From Eledone cirrhosa (taxonomy: Eukaryota): a stretch of 64,000 nt of DNA. Location of the stretch: positions 113,150,001 to 113,214,000 of the forward strand of contig OZ024740.1 in assembly GCA_964016885.1 (NCBI GenBank). Direction: 5' to 3'. The translations under genes and the position numbers were made by a program. Positions 38,071-52,194 of this stretch are shown one piece after another (positions within the stretch are counted from its first letter, which is position 1; each line of letters opens with the position of its first letter). Below the pieces are notes generated by a model. It was not told the DNA's origin, did not search any database, and saw only the letters and a list, made by a program, of their open reading frames with translations.

Positions 38071-38973
38071 AAAGGACCATTCTAGTTGATTCTATCTCTA
38101 TCTCTTTGTCACTTCCATTCTCTCAGTCTCTCTATCCTTTTCTGGAAGAAATCTGTTGACCTCAGGCCTGGAGAGGAGATGGGTTCAGCCAGGTTTAAAA
38201 CTGCCCTAGAAACCCCTATGTAAATACGGCGCCCCTACGAACCCATCATGTATAATGGGACCGTAACATACCATATCATACCATTTAATATTTTAAAAGT
38301 ATCAATGTATAAGAACATAGACACCTAGATATGTATTTAGATAGTTTATTGTTAAATAATACTGCGTTCTTTAGAGCCAACGTAATTGTATGTACATCTT
38401 ATATTCCCTATCTACACATATATATTATCTACATATACACATATATTATCAAATGATTAAATGAAAAGTTTTACTTAATTTCGATCCTCCTTTGTCAATA
38501 TTTAAGACTAATAATAAAGAAAAAAGAATCCACTTTCAGTTTCGTTGAAAATGACATGCAATAGGCAATATTTATATAAGATTATATTATTGAGAAGGAG
38601 AAACCTCCATGAAATTTCAGGTCCACTGACATAATATACGCAAATAAGAACTTTCCAGCGAGTGCTTCAGATTGCAAATAACAGTTTCATATGACCTTTT
38701 CAGAGATTAGTGTCTTGGAAGATTGAAGTAATGAAATATACAGTCAATGGCATTTCATCAGTGAGTGTGTCAGGCAACTTTGTCTATTCTATGTGTATTA
38801 ATGTAGTAACATGTATGCTTATTAAATTTTCCTGTCTAAGCTGTAAGCGGGTCACCGTCGTTGAACCTAAAGAACTGAAATAAACGCTTCCGTATGAACG
38901 TACTATTACTTTAAATTTTATTATGCGGATGAATACATATAGAAGCACACATATGCACACCCACCACACGCAC

Positions 38974-39043
<70 letters not shown>

Positions 39044-39055
39044 ATATCTATCTAT
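38974..39055. repeat. (ATCT)n upstream of Tx1 copy D
   Basis: Directly visible. Confidence 0.95.
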
Positions 39056-39285
39056 TGTTTTACTTGAGACGTGTGCCAGCTCGCTGGTAAGTTTTTGTTG
39101 ATTTTCTAAGTAAGAAATCAAAAATTTATTGTTAAATTTATTACTATTTTATAGCTTGACCCCACGTCTGGACTTTCAGACGGGTGTGGGTCAAGTCATC
39201 TTCACCCCTCCCTGGGGTGAAATTTTCGTTTTGGAAAAAACATTTCGCCGGTGAAAAAAAGTGTAAACAAACCTTGCATTCAGTC

Positions 39286-41170
39286 ATGAACGCTGCGTTC
39301 ATAACTAGAAGTGGTGGAGAGGCGGTAAGAATGTTAAGCTCGCAGTCACCTCCCCTAACCACCTCATTGAAAGACACCGAAAATGTCGTCAGTTTTGAAA
39401 ACACGATGTCGGACGTTGATTGTAACATCAACACTAACACAAACACCAATAACATGCAAAATATAAACAACACCAACCAGAACAACAACAACAACAACAA
39501 CATCAATGACAACAAGAACAACAACAGCAACAATGATAACAACAACACCACCAACAACAACAGCAACACGAACAACTCCACGAACAAGGAAAAGATTTCC
39601 TTTGCTCAAACCGTCCAAAAGACGGAACTGTTCACATACCTTGACATTTCCAATGCTAGGGAAATGTTAAGCGATGCAAAACAGTACGTAATTTTTGGTG
39701 AGAGTGGTGCTTTCAGCGTCACTTCTCAACAGTTACGCAAAGAAACTGTTCTAAAAACAGTAATTTTTAGGACGGTTTCAAATGTGTCGAAAAAACCAGT
39801 TCAATTATCCCAAAACGATATTGAACTGGTTCTGAAGAATTCAATGAAGGATATTGCCTTCATCCAAAAAGGGAAACGTTTGGGAAGCATTTCGGTGTTG
39901 TTGAAAGACTAATTGACAGCACAAAAATATTCTGTATCGCCGATTGTGTCCCCCCTTTACACCTTTTTTCCCACATATATGGGAAAAAGAACATAAAAAA
40001 ATAAAAATTTAGAACATTGCACCAAATGTAAACGTCTGGTGGATTCTAACTGGCTTCATCGATTTCGACGAAGACACCATCATTTCGGTGGGAAAGTCTT
40101 CCAGAGGCACATTCAATGGTACAAGCATAGAAGTTCTGGTCCAAATGAGGCCAGAACGGATAGCTAAAATACCCCAACGTGTGCCTCTGGATGGAATTTC
40201 ACACATAAACATTTCTGTTGAGGGTAGGCGGCCTTCATGTTACCACTGTTTAAGCAGTAGTCACCTGAAGGCTTACTGTCCTCGGTTAACTACAAAAAAA
40301 AGAGGCACTACTGCCAACACCCAAAACAATAACACAACCACTACCACGACGACCACCACCACAACAACAACAACACGCAAACACAACCAAAACAAGAACA
40401 ACAAACCAACCTGCAAGCACAGTCCCACCCAGCCCCACTCCACCTAAAACTACTATAAAACACCAACAAACACAACAGCTCACCAAAACATACACCTTCC
40501 AAATAACACAGACACCACAACGGACGAGGCCCCCACATCATCACCAAGTGACGATGGGGGAGAGCCTCTCCGTTCGAAAAGAAAGAAGAAAAGACACCAC
40601 AAGAACAAAAAAACAACAAATATCACTACAAACATACAACCACCAACACAAACAACACAAACATTACAAACAAAAACCCCCCGTCCCGAAAACAAAATCA
40701 CGACATCACTCCAAACACAAACACCTACAACAAAACGAAAGCTCCCACAAGAACAACAGACAAAAACCACCGCAACACAACAAGAACATTACACATGCAT
40801 AAACAGTAAAAAAACCTTTAATCGAGGTCATCTCCAACGACCCTTCGGTGAAAACCGAAGGGAACATTTTTTCGAACTGTGTAGACAAACCTAATTTAAA
40901 GATGATTAGGGTCACTACGGACACCTATAAGTCTTTAAAGGAAAACTTTCCTAAGGACGTGGGTAATCCTTGTGTTAAACCCATTAACCGCGTCCTTTAA
41001 AAACGTTTCCCCACCCTCACCCCAGACACCCCGACCCCACCAAACATCTCCGTCCCTACCCAACCGGAAACAACCACCCACCCAGACAACCCCTCTAACA
41101 CCCCCATGGAAACCGTGCGGCCTGATCCCCGGGAGACGAAGAGGTGAGTCTTTTCATCTACTCTTCTTTT
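39286..41170 (+). pseudogene. Tx1 copy D ORF1, disrupted
   Basis: Asn-rich N-terminus, KISFAQ, GKRLGSISV, CCHC knuckle near 40235, AC-rich tail; start codon uncertain. Confidence 0.72.
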
Positions 41171-41187
41171 AACTTTTCAGAACCAAC

Positions 41188-44100
41188 ATGGCCAATATAA
41201 GAGTTGGATGTGTTAATGTACGCGGCCTGGGGATGCCCTGGAAACAGGGCAAACTCTTAAACGACCTCAGGTCGCACAGTATGGATGTAGTAGCCATTTG
41301 CGTGTCCAGGATCCACAGCGAGCGACAGCTGGCCCCCATCTTCGATGACTTTGAGATCTACGCATCTCTCTGTCGGCCGGGGGTGGGTGGGGGGGTGGGG
41401 GGTTGCCGTTTTGCTGCGGATACACCTAGGCCTCGTAACACAGACGGTACATCTGGACCCGGAGGGTCTACTGGTGGTACTAGACGTTGACGGTAGTGAA
41501 GGTGGAGCCTTCAGGCTGGTGGCCGAATATGCCCCATCCGGAACACCGCGGCCAGACTTCTTCAAACGTCTAAAGACTTTTCTGGGAACGTCCCGCTCCT
41601 TGATTTTAGTGGGGGACTGGAATGGAATCCTAGATGGACGTTGGGAGCATGTCCCGATAAAGGGGGGTGTAACAGCCTCAAAGAGTTGATCGGCCGATTT
41701 GACCTGGCCGATAGATATCGACTAGATTTTCCGACTGTGCCATTGTGGACGTGGACTAATCGTAGCGGAACATCTAGATCGCACCTAGATAGGGTTCTAG
41801 TTAGAAATAAGGATAGGGACATGTTGAGCTGTCCACAAATGTCCATGGTTGCCTATTCAGATCACAAACTAGTGACCTGCATAGTCAACCTTGATAGAAC
41901 CCATAGACAAGGACCCGGTTACTGGGAGCTGAATTTGTCCTTACCGACATGCAACAGTAGACGGATTAGCACTTTAGTTAAACAGCACTTGACAGGGGCT
42001 ATTCTCAACAACAGATGGTGGTACTCTCTCAAGAGGGTAGTTAGATCAGACTCGTTAGTTTTTAGTAAAGAATTAGCGTTAGATAGAAATAGAACCGAGA
42101 AGGAACTGGTAGATAAAGTAGAAGAGGCAATTAGAAGTGACAACATAGCCAGCGTGCTAGCAACGAAAACGGCCTTGGACCAGTTCTTCGACGCAAAGCA
42201 CGAGCGCTGCGTTGTCAGAAGCAAAATACGTGCTCTGGCAAACGAGGGAGCCAAAGCTGTTAGCTGGGCCCGAGTGACGGAGGCAAAAAGTGGCAACAAG
42301 TCCCACGATTCGGTTTATGAAGGACCCAAACGGACGCGTGATACGTGAGCCGAAGCAGATGTGTGCAGCCTTTCAGCGGCACTTTGCTCAACTGTTCGGG
42401 CAGGGCGGCGCGCCGGGAGTGGCTATGGATTTCGGTCCATACTTGTACGGCCTACCGCGACTCTAGGACAGCGAGGCAAAGTTCTGCGAAAAGCCGATTT
42501 CAGCCGCTGAGATAGGGGACGCGCTGAGCCAATGCGGCAAACTCAAATCTCCACGTCTCGACGGTCTACCCTACGAATTTTACGTAGCAATGCCGGACTT
42601 ATTCTCCGGTCTCCTGGAAGCGGTCTGCTGCAACTTGCAACAGAACGGGAGAATTCCCAGTACTGTGACCGGGGGAGTAGTCACACTAGTCAGGAAGGAC
42701 GAGAATAAGGGAGATGACATAGGCAACTTCCGCCCCATAAGTCTGCTAAACACAGAGTTACAGATTTTGGCCAAGGTGTTGGCAAAGAGGCTGGCGCTTG
42801 TCGTCGAGAACCTGGTTCATACACGACAACCTCTACCTCATACGATACACCATAGAGAGGGTAGGGTGTAAACTCGGCTGCGGTGGGGCCTTGATCAACT
42901 TGGATCAGTCTAAGATAGGGTTGACCATCGTTACCTGGATGCGGTGCTCGAGGCGGCAGGCTTCGGACCCGTGTTCAGTGGCTGGATTGCTGCAATGCAC
43001 AACAGCAACATCTGCTCAAGGGTCAAGGTGAACGGCTACCCCTGGAGCCGTTCCATATCACGCGATCCATCCGACAGGGATGCCCTCTTTCCTCCCTTCT
43101 GTACGTACTGACTCTCGAGCTACTACTGCGGAAGTTGGAGCTATTGCCGGGCATCCCTCTGGAACCGGGACTGCGGAAAGTGGCGTCGGCCTACGCCGAC
43201 GACGTGACAGTAATGGTGTCGAGCGCCTCGCAAATCGAGGAAGTCGGCACCTTACTGAAGGAATACAAAAGGTTCACAGGAGCGAAGCTGAACCGGGACA
43301 AGTCTATCGGTTTGCAACTCGGATGATGGAGAGCCAAACCGATGCCTTCCGATGGCGTCGTCGGATGCTGGACGGAAGGACCAGTAAAGCTGCTCGGGGT
43401 CTGGTTTGGTCCGGACCTCCAGGTGGAGAAGAACTGGAACGGCCAAGGTGTTTGCACTCACCCAGAAGTGGGCCGAGTGCAAACTATCCTTGAAAGGTCG
43501 AGCGGAAGTGGCGAACCCTTTTATAGCGTCGGCCATCTACTACCGCTTGACCGTCGTGCCTTGTCCAGCCAAAACGCTCACCAAAATGGAGCGCGCGCTC
43601 TTCCAATTCCTTTGGAAGAGGCGGGCTCCTTTGGTGAGAAGATCTATCTGCTGCCAACACCCTTCCAACGGATGGCTGAGGATGCCGTGGCTGACATTGC
43701 GCAAACACGCGCTCAGGCTGCGGCATCTCTACGTATTCCTCACATGACAACCGGTGTGGGCCCCGTTCGTGAGGCGAGCCTTCCCACGACTCGTCTCGCT
43801 GACCGATAGCAGTCCTGGGTCAAGCAAAGACCGAGGAACATGGGCGACTGGCACAACGAATGTGCTCAGGCGCTCACAGCCCTCTGGCAGGCGGACCTGG
43901 CGATCAGTGGAGACTCCACTTTGTCATTCTATAGAGGGTTGATCCGCAGCAAGTGCGACGACACGCTCGGTGAAACTCTAGGCGTAGAGGAAGACGAACT
44001 GGCCAGTCTGTTAGGTAGGACCTTCCGCCCGGGACCGATGGACAACTTCCAAAAGTCCCTGGCCTCGCAGTGCTACCGAGGAGCTCTACTAGTTCGAGAC

Positions 44101-44373
44101 AAGCTCTACAGACATGGGCGCCCGGGCAAGGACGCTGCAAAAAAGTTCTGTCTGAGGTGCGTGCGAGACGAAGAAACCGTCGCGCACGCATTAATACACT
44201 GTCCGCGCGTCACCGACCTGTGGGGCTATGTAGAACGACTATTGTCGCGGGTGGGACCAATCCGGTTGACCACCGAGTCCATTGTCATGATCAAACTGCC
44301 ACCCTCCTTCAAAAACGAATGAGAGGCGGTTTTCCTTTGTGCGATAGATATGGCGAAAGAGGTTGTATGGTGG
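41188..44373 (+). pseudogene. Tx1 copy D ORF2, disrupted and interrupted near its C-terminus by (ATCT)n
   Basis: EN/RT/Zn motifs across ORFs 41188-44322; homology stops at ...KEVVWW. Confidence 0.86.
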
Positions 44374-44379
44374 GCATCC

Positions 44380-44427
<48 letters not shown>

Positions 44428-44560
44428 GTCTCCCTCTATTGGGGAAAATTGACTAACTTTTAAATTCCATCTGTGATAACATTTTACACGTTTTTATTGT
44501 ATGTAAACTTCCCCCTTTGTATTTGTCCCCTTCTTTTGTGCCCCTGTGGCTAATAAAGAA

Positions 44561-44563
44561 ATA

Positions 44564-44614
<51 letters not shown>

Positions 44615-44676
44615 ATAGTTACATCTCAATCACTCTCACTCCTTCCCCTGTCCCTCTTCTTCCCTCTTTACTTCTC

Positions 44677-44759
<83 letters not shown>

Positions 44760-44775
44760 ATATATATATATACTT
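44561..44775. repeat. (ATCT)n tail followed by (CT)n and (AT)n
   Basis: Directly visible. Confidence 0.9.
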
Positions 44776-45040
44776 ATAAAACGAATGAAATAAGCAAACA
44801 CATAATGTGGAAGTTAATAACTATGTATTAACAGCTTCATTTACACGTATCTTACCAGCGGTTTCGTAGACGATAACAAGTCTTCAAAACGTATATATAT
44901 ATATATATATGTGTGTGTGTATACAAGTTCTGATCTGTTGTGTGTTAATATAAATAAAAATTATCACAGTAGTATTTTATCTATAAATCATTAAATTGAC
45001 TCTTCCGATGATTATTTTGCTCTTTAATGATGAAATGGTC

Positions 45041-45082
<42 letters not shown>

Positions 45083-45280
45083 GGTAACAAATAAATAAAG
45101 TTAACTAGAACTTCAAAAATAGATACCTTTTAATGATTAATGAGACGAAGCAGCTATGATGTGTAAAAACAACACGTGGTAACGGCCAGTTGAAGATTTT
45201 GACTCGAAGTGTAAACATGGATTGCTGGAATATTGTTCTTCCTTGTTGATAATCCAATAATATCCACTTTCTGTGACTTA

Positions 45281-45330
45281 CCATCTGATTAATTGGTGAA
45301 ATATATTTCTTTAATGAAATATATTCAGGG
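45281..45330 (+). ncRNA. Hammerhead-like motif, copy 1 (CUGAUUA variant)
   Basis: CCAU-CUGAUUA-[AUUGGUGAAAUAUAUUUCUUUAAU stem II]-GAAA-UAUA-UUC-AGGG; palindromic AAUAUAUU. Confidence 0.55.
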
Positions 45331-45848
45331 AAGATTAATCATTAAAAGGTATCTATTTTTGAAGTTCTAGTTAACTTTATTTATTTGTTACCTACTAGCC
45401 ATGCGTGGTTACACGCTTGTAAAAATTATCTCCTGTGATTATTCATGTTTATATTTATTTATATATATGTTGATCAATTTCTAGTTATTATAAAATGCTC
45501 GCACCTACAAAGTCTTTGAGCTTATTTTCCGGGCGATATGGCGCACGCCGTTAAGGCATGACACCCACAATTTCGATTTAGATTGAATTCATTTAATTTA
45601 TCTTAATTTTGGATATAGATATATAAATACGGCTCCTTAATTGTAGAGCTAACTCTGTTGAAAGGAATTGACTGGTATTTCTAGTTGTCGAATACCTATT
45701 CACACCACTGAGACGAAGCCGCTATGATGTGTAAAAACAACACGTGGTAACGGCCAGTTGAAGATTTTGACTCGAAGTGTAAACATGGATTGCTGGAATA
45801 TTGTTCTTCCTTGTTGATAATCCAATAATATCCACTTTCTGTGACTTA

Positions 45849-45898
45849 CCATCTGATTAATTGGTGAAATATATTTCTTTAATGAAATATATTCAGGG
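45849..45898 (+). ncRNA. Hammerhead-like motif, copy 2
   Basis: Identical to 45281-45330. Confidence 0.55.
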
Positions 45899-46117
45899 AA
45901 GATTAATCATTAAAAGGTATCTATTTTTGAAGTTCTAGTTAACTTTATTTATTTGTTACCTACTAGCCATGCGTGGTTACACGCTTGTAAAAATTATCTC
46001 CTGTGATTATTCATGTTTATATTTATTTATATATATGTTGATCAATTTCTAGTTATATATATATGTATATACATATGTGTGTGTGTGTTTAAATATATAT
46101 ATATATATGTATATATG

Positions 46118-46722
46118 GTGGCTGCCAACTCGTTTTCGAGTACGGCCACTACTTAATATCCATGTAGGAGAACTAATAACGATGCGCTGAACGAGTGTGA
46201 CTTTTTAGTTCAGCCAGCGACTTGAAAACTCTGGTACAAACACTACACTTGTGACAATTATTGACACATAGTGCTGGGCCCATGGTACCATGTGACGACA
46301 AGTGCAGAGAGATCTCCAGATATAAAGCAATGCCTGTGCCGTGAAGCTTTGATAGTGAGCAAAGGCACTGCACAAAGCCAGTCCCACTCTCTTAAACAAG
46401 ATGATATTTACCAAAAAGAAGAACATGTCAACATCATTGGACACCATCAGGGTTGCAGGTGTTATATCAGAGTTTTCCTTCTCCTAGAATTCTGCCTTGA
46501 CAAAGGCTAAGGGGTCATCTCTCCCGGTGATTTTGGATGGCCATTGACTCTTAAGAGCTCCTTTTCCCTTTGAGAGGTTTTCTTTTTAGTCATGCAGGAT
46601 GTCCAAAGTCACCCTCCTCACCAAGAAACCTTGGTGGGGTTGCCAGTTTAGTCGCCAACGACCCAACCATGGGACAGGTTGTACTGGGATACATGTTACC
46701 AGTAGCACCAACTGGTGACCTG
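46118..46722 (-). mobile_element. Internally deleted RTE-type retroposon (5' UTR-like part + 3' end with C2H2 finger)
   Basis: CSVCTRVFKSLAELKSHTRSAH* followed by a CTCG-AAAA-CGAG hairpin and a microsatellite tail; 46430-46720 resembles RTE 5' UTRs (recognition only). Confidence 0.5.
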
Positions 46723-47333
46723 ACATATGTATATATACACACATACATACATGCATACTGATATTCTTTCTCAGAATGACGCACAGAGAAAATTGGATGT
46801 GCAGAATATATAAATTTCATGTACACATTTACACATTGCTTGCATAATTGAATAAATGTATAGATCTGCATTATTGACCGTGTTCGATGTATGGTTGATC
46901 CTTTACTAGGGCTGGAATTTATAAAGCTAACTACTGTTGATTGTAAAGTATTTGAAGCTGTAATCCAGAGACTTCTAGATAATCCTGCTGATCTCAGCAA
47001 CATTGCTTTCTATTTTTCTGCAATAACTTATTGGTCTGTTGTTTCTTTGTTTGTTTGAGCTTCGAACGCTTCTGTACCACTAACGAACTCCATTAAAATA
47101 TATCACGTGCAGGTGTCAAAGCGCGCGCTGAAAATCCACTCGATACCGAATTGATGGACGATGACAAAGGCAAGCTATATAATTACTCCCGAGAATATAC
47201 TGTTGACAGAGAATATAATGAATTGCCAACGAAAGTAGTTCCGGTTTTATTAGGTTTCATCTAAATGGGAGGAATTGAAAGTCAACAAGTTTTCCTATAT
47301 ATGGAACGATGCTATATTCATTTAGCCAAACAC

Positions 47334-48257
<924 letters not shown>

Positions 48258-48906
48258 GTTATTATTATTATTATTTTTATTATTATCATTATTATTATTA
48301 TTATTATTATTGTTATTATTATTATTGTTATTGTTATTACTATGTCTGCAAAACAAATTATTTGTTGCTATTAGGTACGCTGAATGAATTTGCGAAGTTT
48401 ATATGAATAGATGTTTAAAAAAAAAATTACAGAAAAAAGCGATACAGAAAAGAAAATGAATTAATGTCAGATAGGACAGTGTACAATGTCATTAGCAAGC
48501 AGTTTAGCAGAATTATATATTATATAGCTTGTTTAGATTTAGTATCACAGACGTAGACACAGATATAGATATATACATAAAAAAGGCACCATACTGAATG
48601 CACAAATTTTCCTTCGAAAGACGTTTAGGCATGGAAAGAGGTAAACGTAGAGTCCCACACACATACACACACACTCACACGCACACACACTCTCGCACGC
48701 ACACACTCACACACATGTACACATACAAACACACACACACATATACATATGTAGATACATATATGTATACATACATTTATAATGTAGATACACACATGTA
48801 TATATGTAAATACGCATACATCTCTCTCTCTCTACGGTTCTTATATATTTGATATATATTCATGGTTATCGAGCCCTCTTTGGATTTCAGTCTTCAAATT
48901 TATTAT

Positions 48907-48987
<81 letters not shown>

Positions 48988-48989
<2 letters not shown>

Positions 48990-49200
48990 AGTATGTGCTA
49001 GTTAATTACCGACTCTTCAGTATGCAGGGTAGAGCACTCGACGAAGTGCGCAGGTGAGTCTGTTTACTCCGGTGTGTATTTATAACTAATATGAATAAGT
49101 CAAGAAGTTAAAATTAACTTCGTTTATACATAGTTGCTGTTATATATATTTCAGCGATAACTATTATGCAACAGCCATCAGATAGCTAGAATTTGAACAG
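48988..49200 (-). mobile_element. Penelope-like pLTR fragment with degenerate hammerhead
   Basis: Abuts (AT)n; minus strand CUGAUGG...GCU-GAAA-UAUAUA-UA at 49141-49185. Confidence 0.4.
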
Positions 49201-49588
49201 AAAAAACAAAAAAAAACTAACGATGGAATACAGCTTACTTATGTTATTTCGCTTTTTTTTTATATGCTCAGTGTTGACATATGGTGCCCATCCTCTCCGT
49301 TTTATTTTTTATTTTCTTTCTAATTTTATTTTTTTTTAAATCCTAACCAATCAGACGCAAGAGAAGCTGACATTCTCAGAACACTCCCTCAGTGAATAAG
49401 TATTTTACCTTTATAGACACACCCCTTCAACTCTCTTTCCTTCACATATGATACCAAACATTCATCAATGCCATTGTCACCCTCAATCTACACCCCTGCT
49501 TTATTTATTTACATATTATTTTACTTTCAATTCTTATTTTATCTGACTTTTATCTTATTGTCTCACATCACAATACTCTTTCATCTCA

Positions 49589-49773
49589 TTGTGGTTTGGT
49601 AGTATCGGTAAAGCGTCTGACACTACGTTTTGCAGCATAGAGTCGCTGCCCTTTATGATCTGAGTTCAAGTTCCGCCGAGGTTAACTTTGCCTTTCATCC
49701 TTACGAGGTTGATAAAATAAAGTACCAGTAATACAGTGGGTTAATTGCTGGCCTTGTGCCAAAAGTAGAAACA
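49589..49773 (+). mobile_element. SINE family 1, full length
   Basis: Head, B box, core and GGCCTTGTGCCAAAAGTAGAAACA tail. Confidence 0.88.
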
Positions 49774-50022
49774 ATTATATTCCTCTGCCTCATTTCGCTA
49801 TACTTTTCATCTTGTTATTTTTCATGTCATTATTTGTACACCCCAGTATAAATACGTTGTATCACCAATACCGAACTACTATTTGGCTGGTGGTAATTGC
49901 ACTTAAAATCGATTGTCAAAGCAGCACCGCAGATAGCGATTATTAGATACACCTAGCCAATGAAACATTTGTTAATACTTTGAATAAACCCTACTGTATA
50001 GCTGTTTTGTTTGTTTGTTTTC

Positions 50023-50483
<461 letters not shown>

Positions 50484-50586
50484 CGTAGGTCCCGGGTTGA
50501 GTCGGGGATAACCACAGTAAGTAAGGTACTCAATACATGGCAGAGTAAAATTCTGAAGATTTCATCTGAATGAAACAGTACTAGTC

Positions 50587-50619
<33 letters not shown>

Positions 50620-50683
50620 CACACACACACATATACATACATAGCTACATATATAAAATAATCTGCCTTTGTTCTCATTGATA

Positions 50684-50745
<62 letters not shown>

Positions 50746-51085
50746 CATATATTATTTATCAGTGATAAGAAAGGCAGGTTATTTTACACATATCATTCAT
50801 TGTTGTACGATTGTTTCGGAGGGTTCATCATAACGATATATTGACTGATCTATAGCAGTTAGAGAACTATATTCTATCAGATATAATATATGGGTCCGAT
50901 CATACCATCTTCTTTGGAAACAATCAAATATATATATATATATATAATATATATATACACACAAATTCATGTACAGTATGTATATGTTTATGTAAAATAT
51001 ATGTAACATATAAATATATATATCAACTAAATCACAAATACTACATGTATTAACTTCTGTATATAAGTAGACACACACACATACC

Positions 51086-51118
<33 letters not shown>

Positions 51119-51181
51119 GTATATATATATACTGTCTTCTATACATCTATTAATGTATATAAATATCAATGTCTATTATAC

Positions 51182-51219
<38 letters not shown>

Positions 51220-52054
51220 ATGACTTCATCACATACATGGATTCACACCCATACACACATACACAGACATACATACATACACACGATACACATACACATT
51301 TCAATAACCATAATTATGTACAATGTACACGTGTGAAAGGATGCGTTAAGGGTTTTTTCTCTTCCATTCTCTCTCTCTCTGTCTCTCTCTCTCTCTTTCA
51401 CTCTCTCCCCCTCTCTCTCTATCTCCAGAAATCGCCTGACTACAATTACATGGTTTAATAACAATGGGTTTTATTGCCAAATATAACAAAAATACGACTA
51501 TATTATTGAATTATTTAGCAAAGGCACTGATGAATTTCAGATTCATTTCCTCCTAGTTGATATTAATTATATTTCTGCATTGTCGCAGACATTTCCATTC
51601 ATTTACTCTCTAACATGGAACTCTAGTAACTTACTATAAATTATATATTAAATAACAAAATCGATTTTAAAATAGATTATCAGATTTTAGTAAACACTGT
51701 AATGTAAGAGATAAAATCCTTACTAGATCGAATCACGATGTGACCTTTCATTCGTTGATTAGTATTGAAACCATTTCGCATTACATTCCGAAATAATGTC
51801 CGAGAGATTGACAGAGTTGCCATAAAATACTAATTATTCCGAACCTTAGAATGTTGAGCTTAGTTACAAGTAATAACAATTTGAATTAGCTTGAATTTGA
51901 AGACTTAGAGGTTAGAGCATTCGGTTCCCGACCGCAAGATTGTTAAATCAATTCCCGGCGATGCGTTGTGTCTTTGAACAAGGCATCTTATTTCATATTG
52001 CTCAATTCCAATCAGCTGGAAGAAAATTATATATATATATAACATTTTCCTATG

Positions 52055-52085
<31 letters not shown>

Positions 52086-52194
52086 TTCTTATGTATATAT
52101 ATATATATATATATATATAGGAACGAGTAGGACCCCGACGGCTGAGCTCAAGCCGTTTCGACGGCTAATTCAGGACTATATATATATATATATA

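Larger units (their letters stand above)
39056..44560 (+). mobile_element. Tx1/L1-type LINE, copy D (divergent subfamily embedded in (ATCT)n)
   Basis: ORF1 CYHCLSSSHLKAYC; ORF2 MANIRVGCVNVRGL, VGDWNG, YSDHK, FRPISLLN, AYADD, CLRC...ETVAHALIHC; 3' end CCTGTGGCTAATAAAGAAAT + (ATCT)n. Confidence 0.92.
45078..46056 (+). mobile_element. Non-coding Penelope-like/retrozyme-like unit (inverted arm + 348-bp direct repeats) in (AT)n
   Basis: 45078-45141 is the reverse complement of 45334-45397; 45141-45488 is repeated almost exactly at 45709-46056 (period 568). Confidence 0.75.

Noticed and set aside
45141-46056. LTR retrotransposon or TRIM (348-bp direct repeats)
   Set aside because: No CA 3' terminus, PBS, PPT or short TSD; the inverted arm and hammerhead-like motif fit a Penelope-like layout better.
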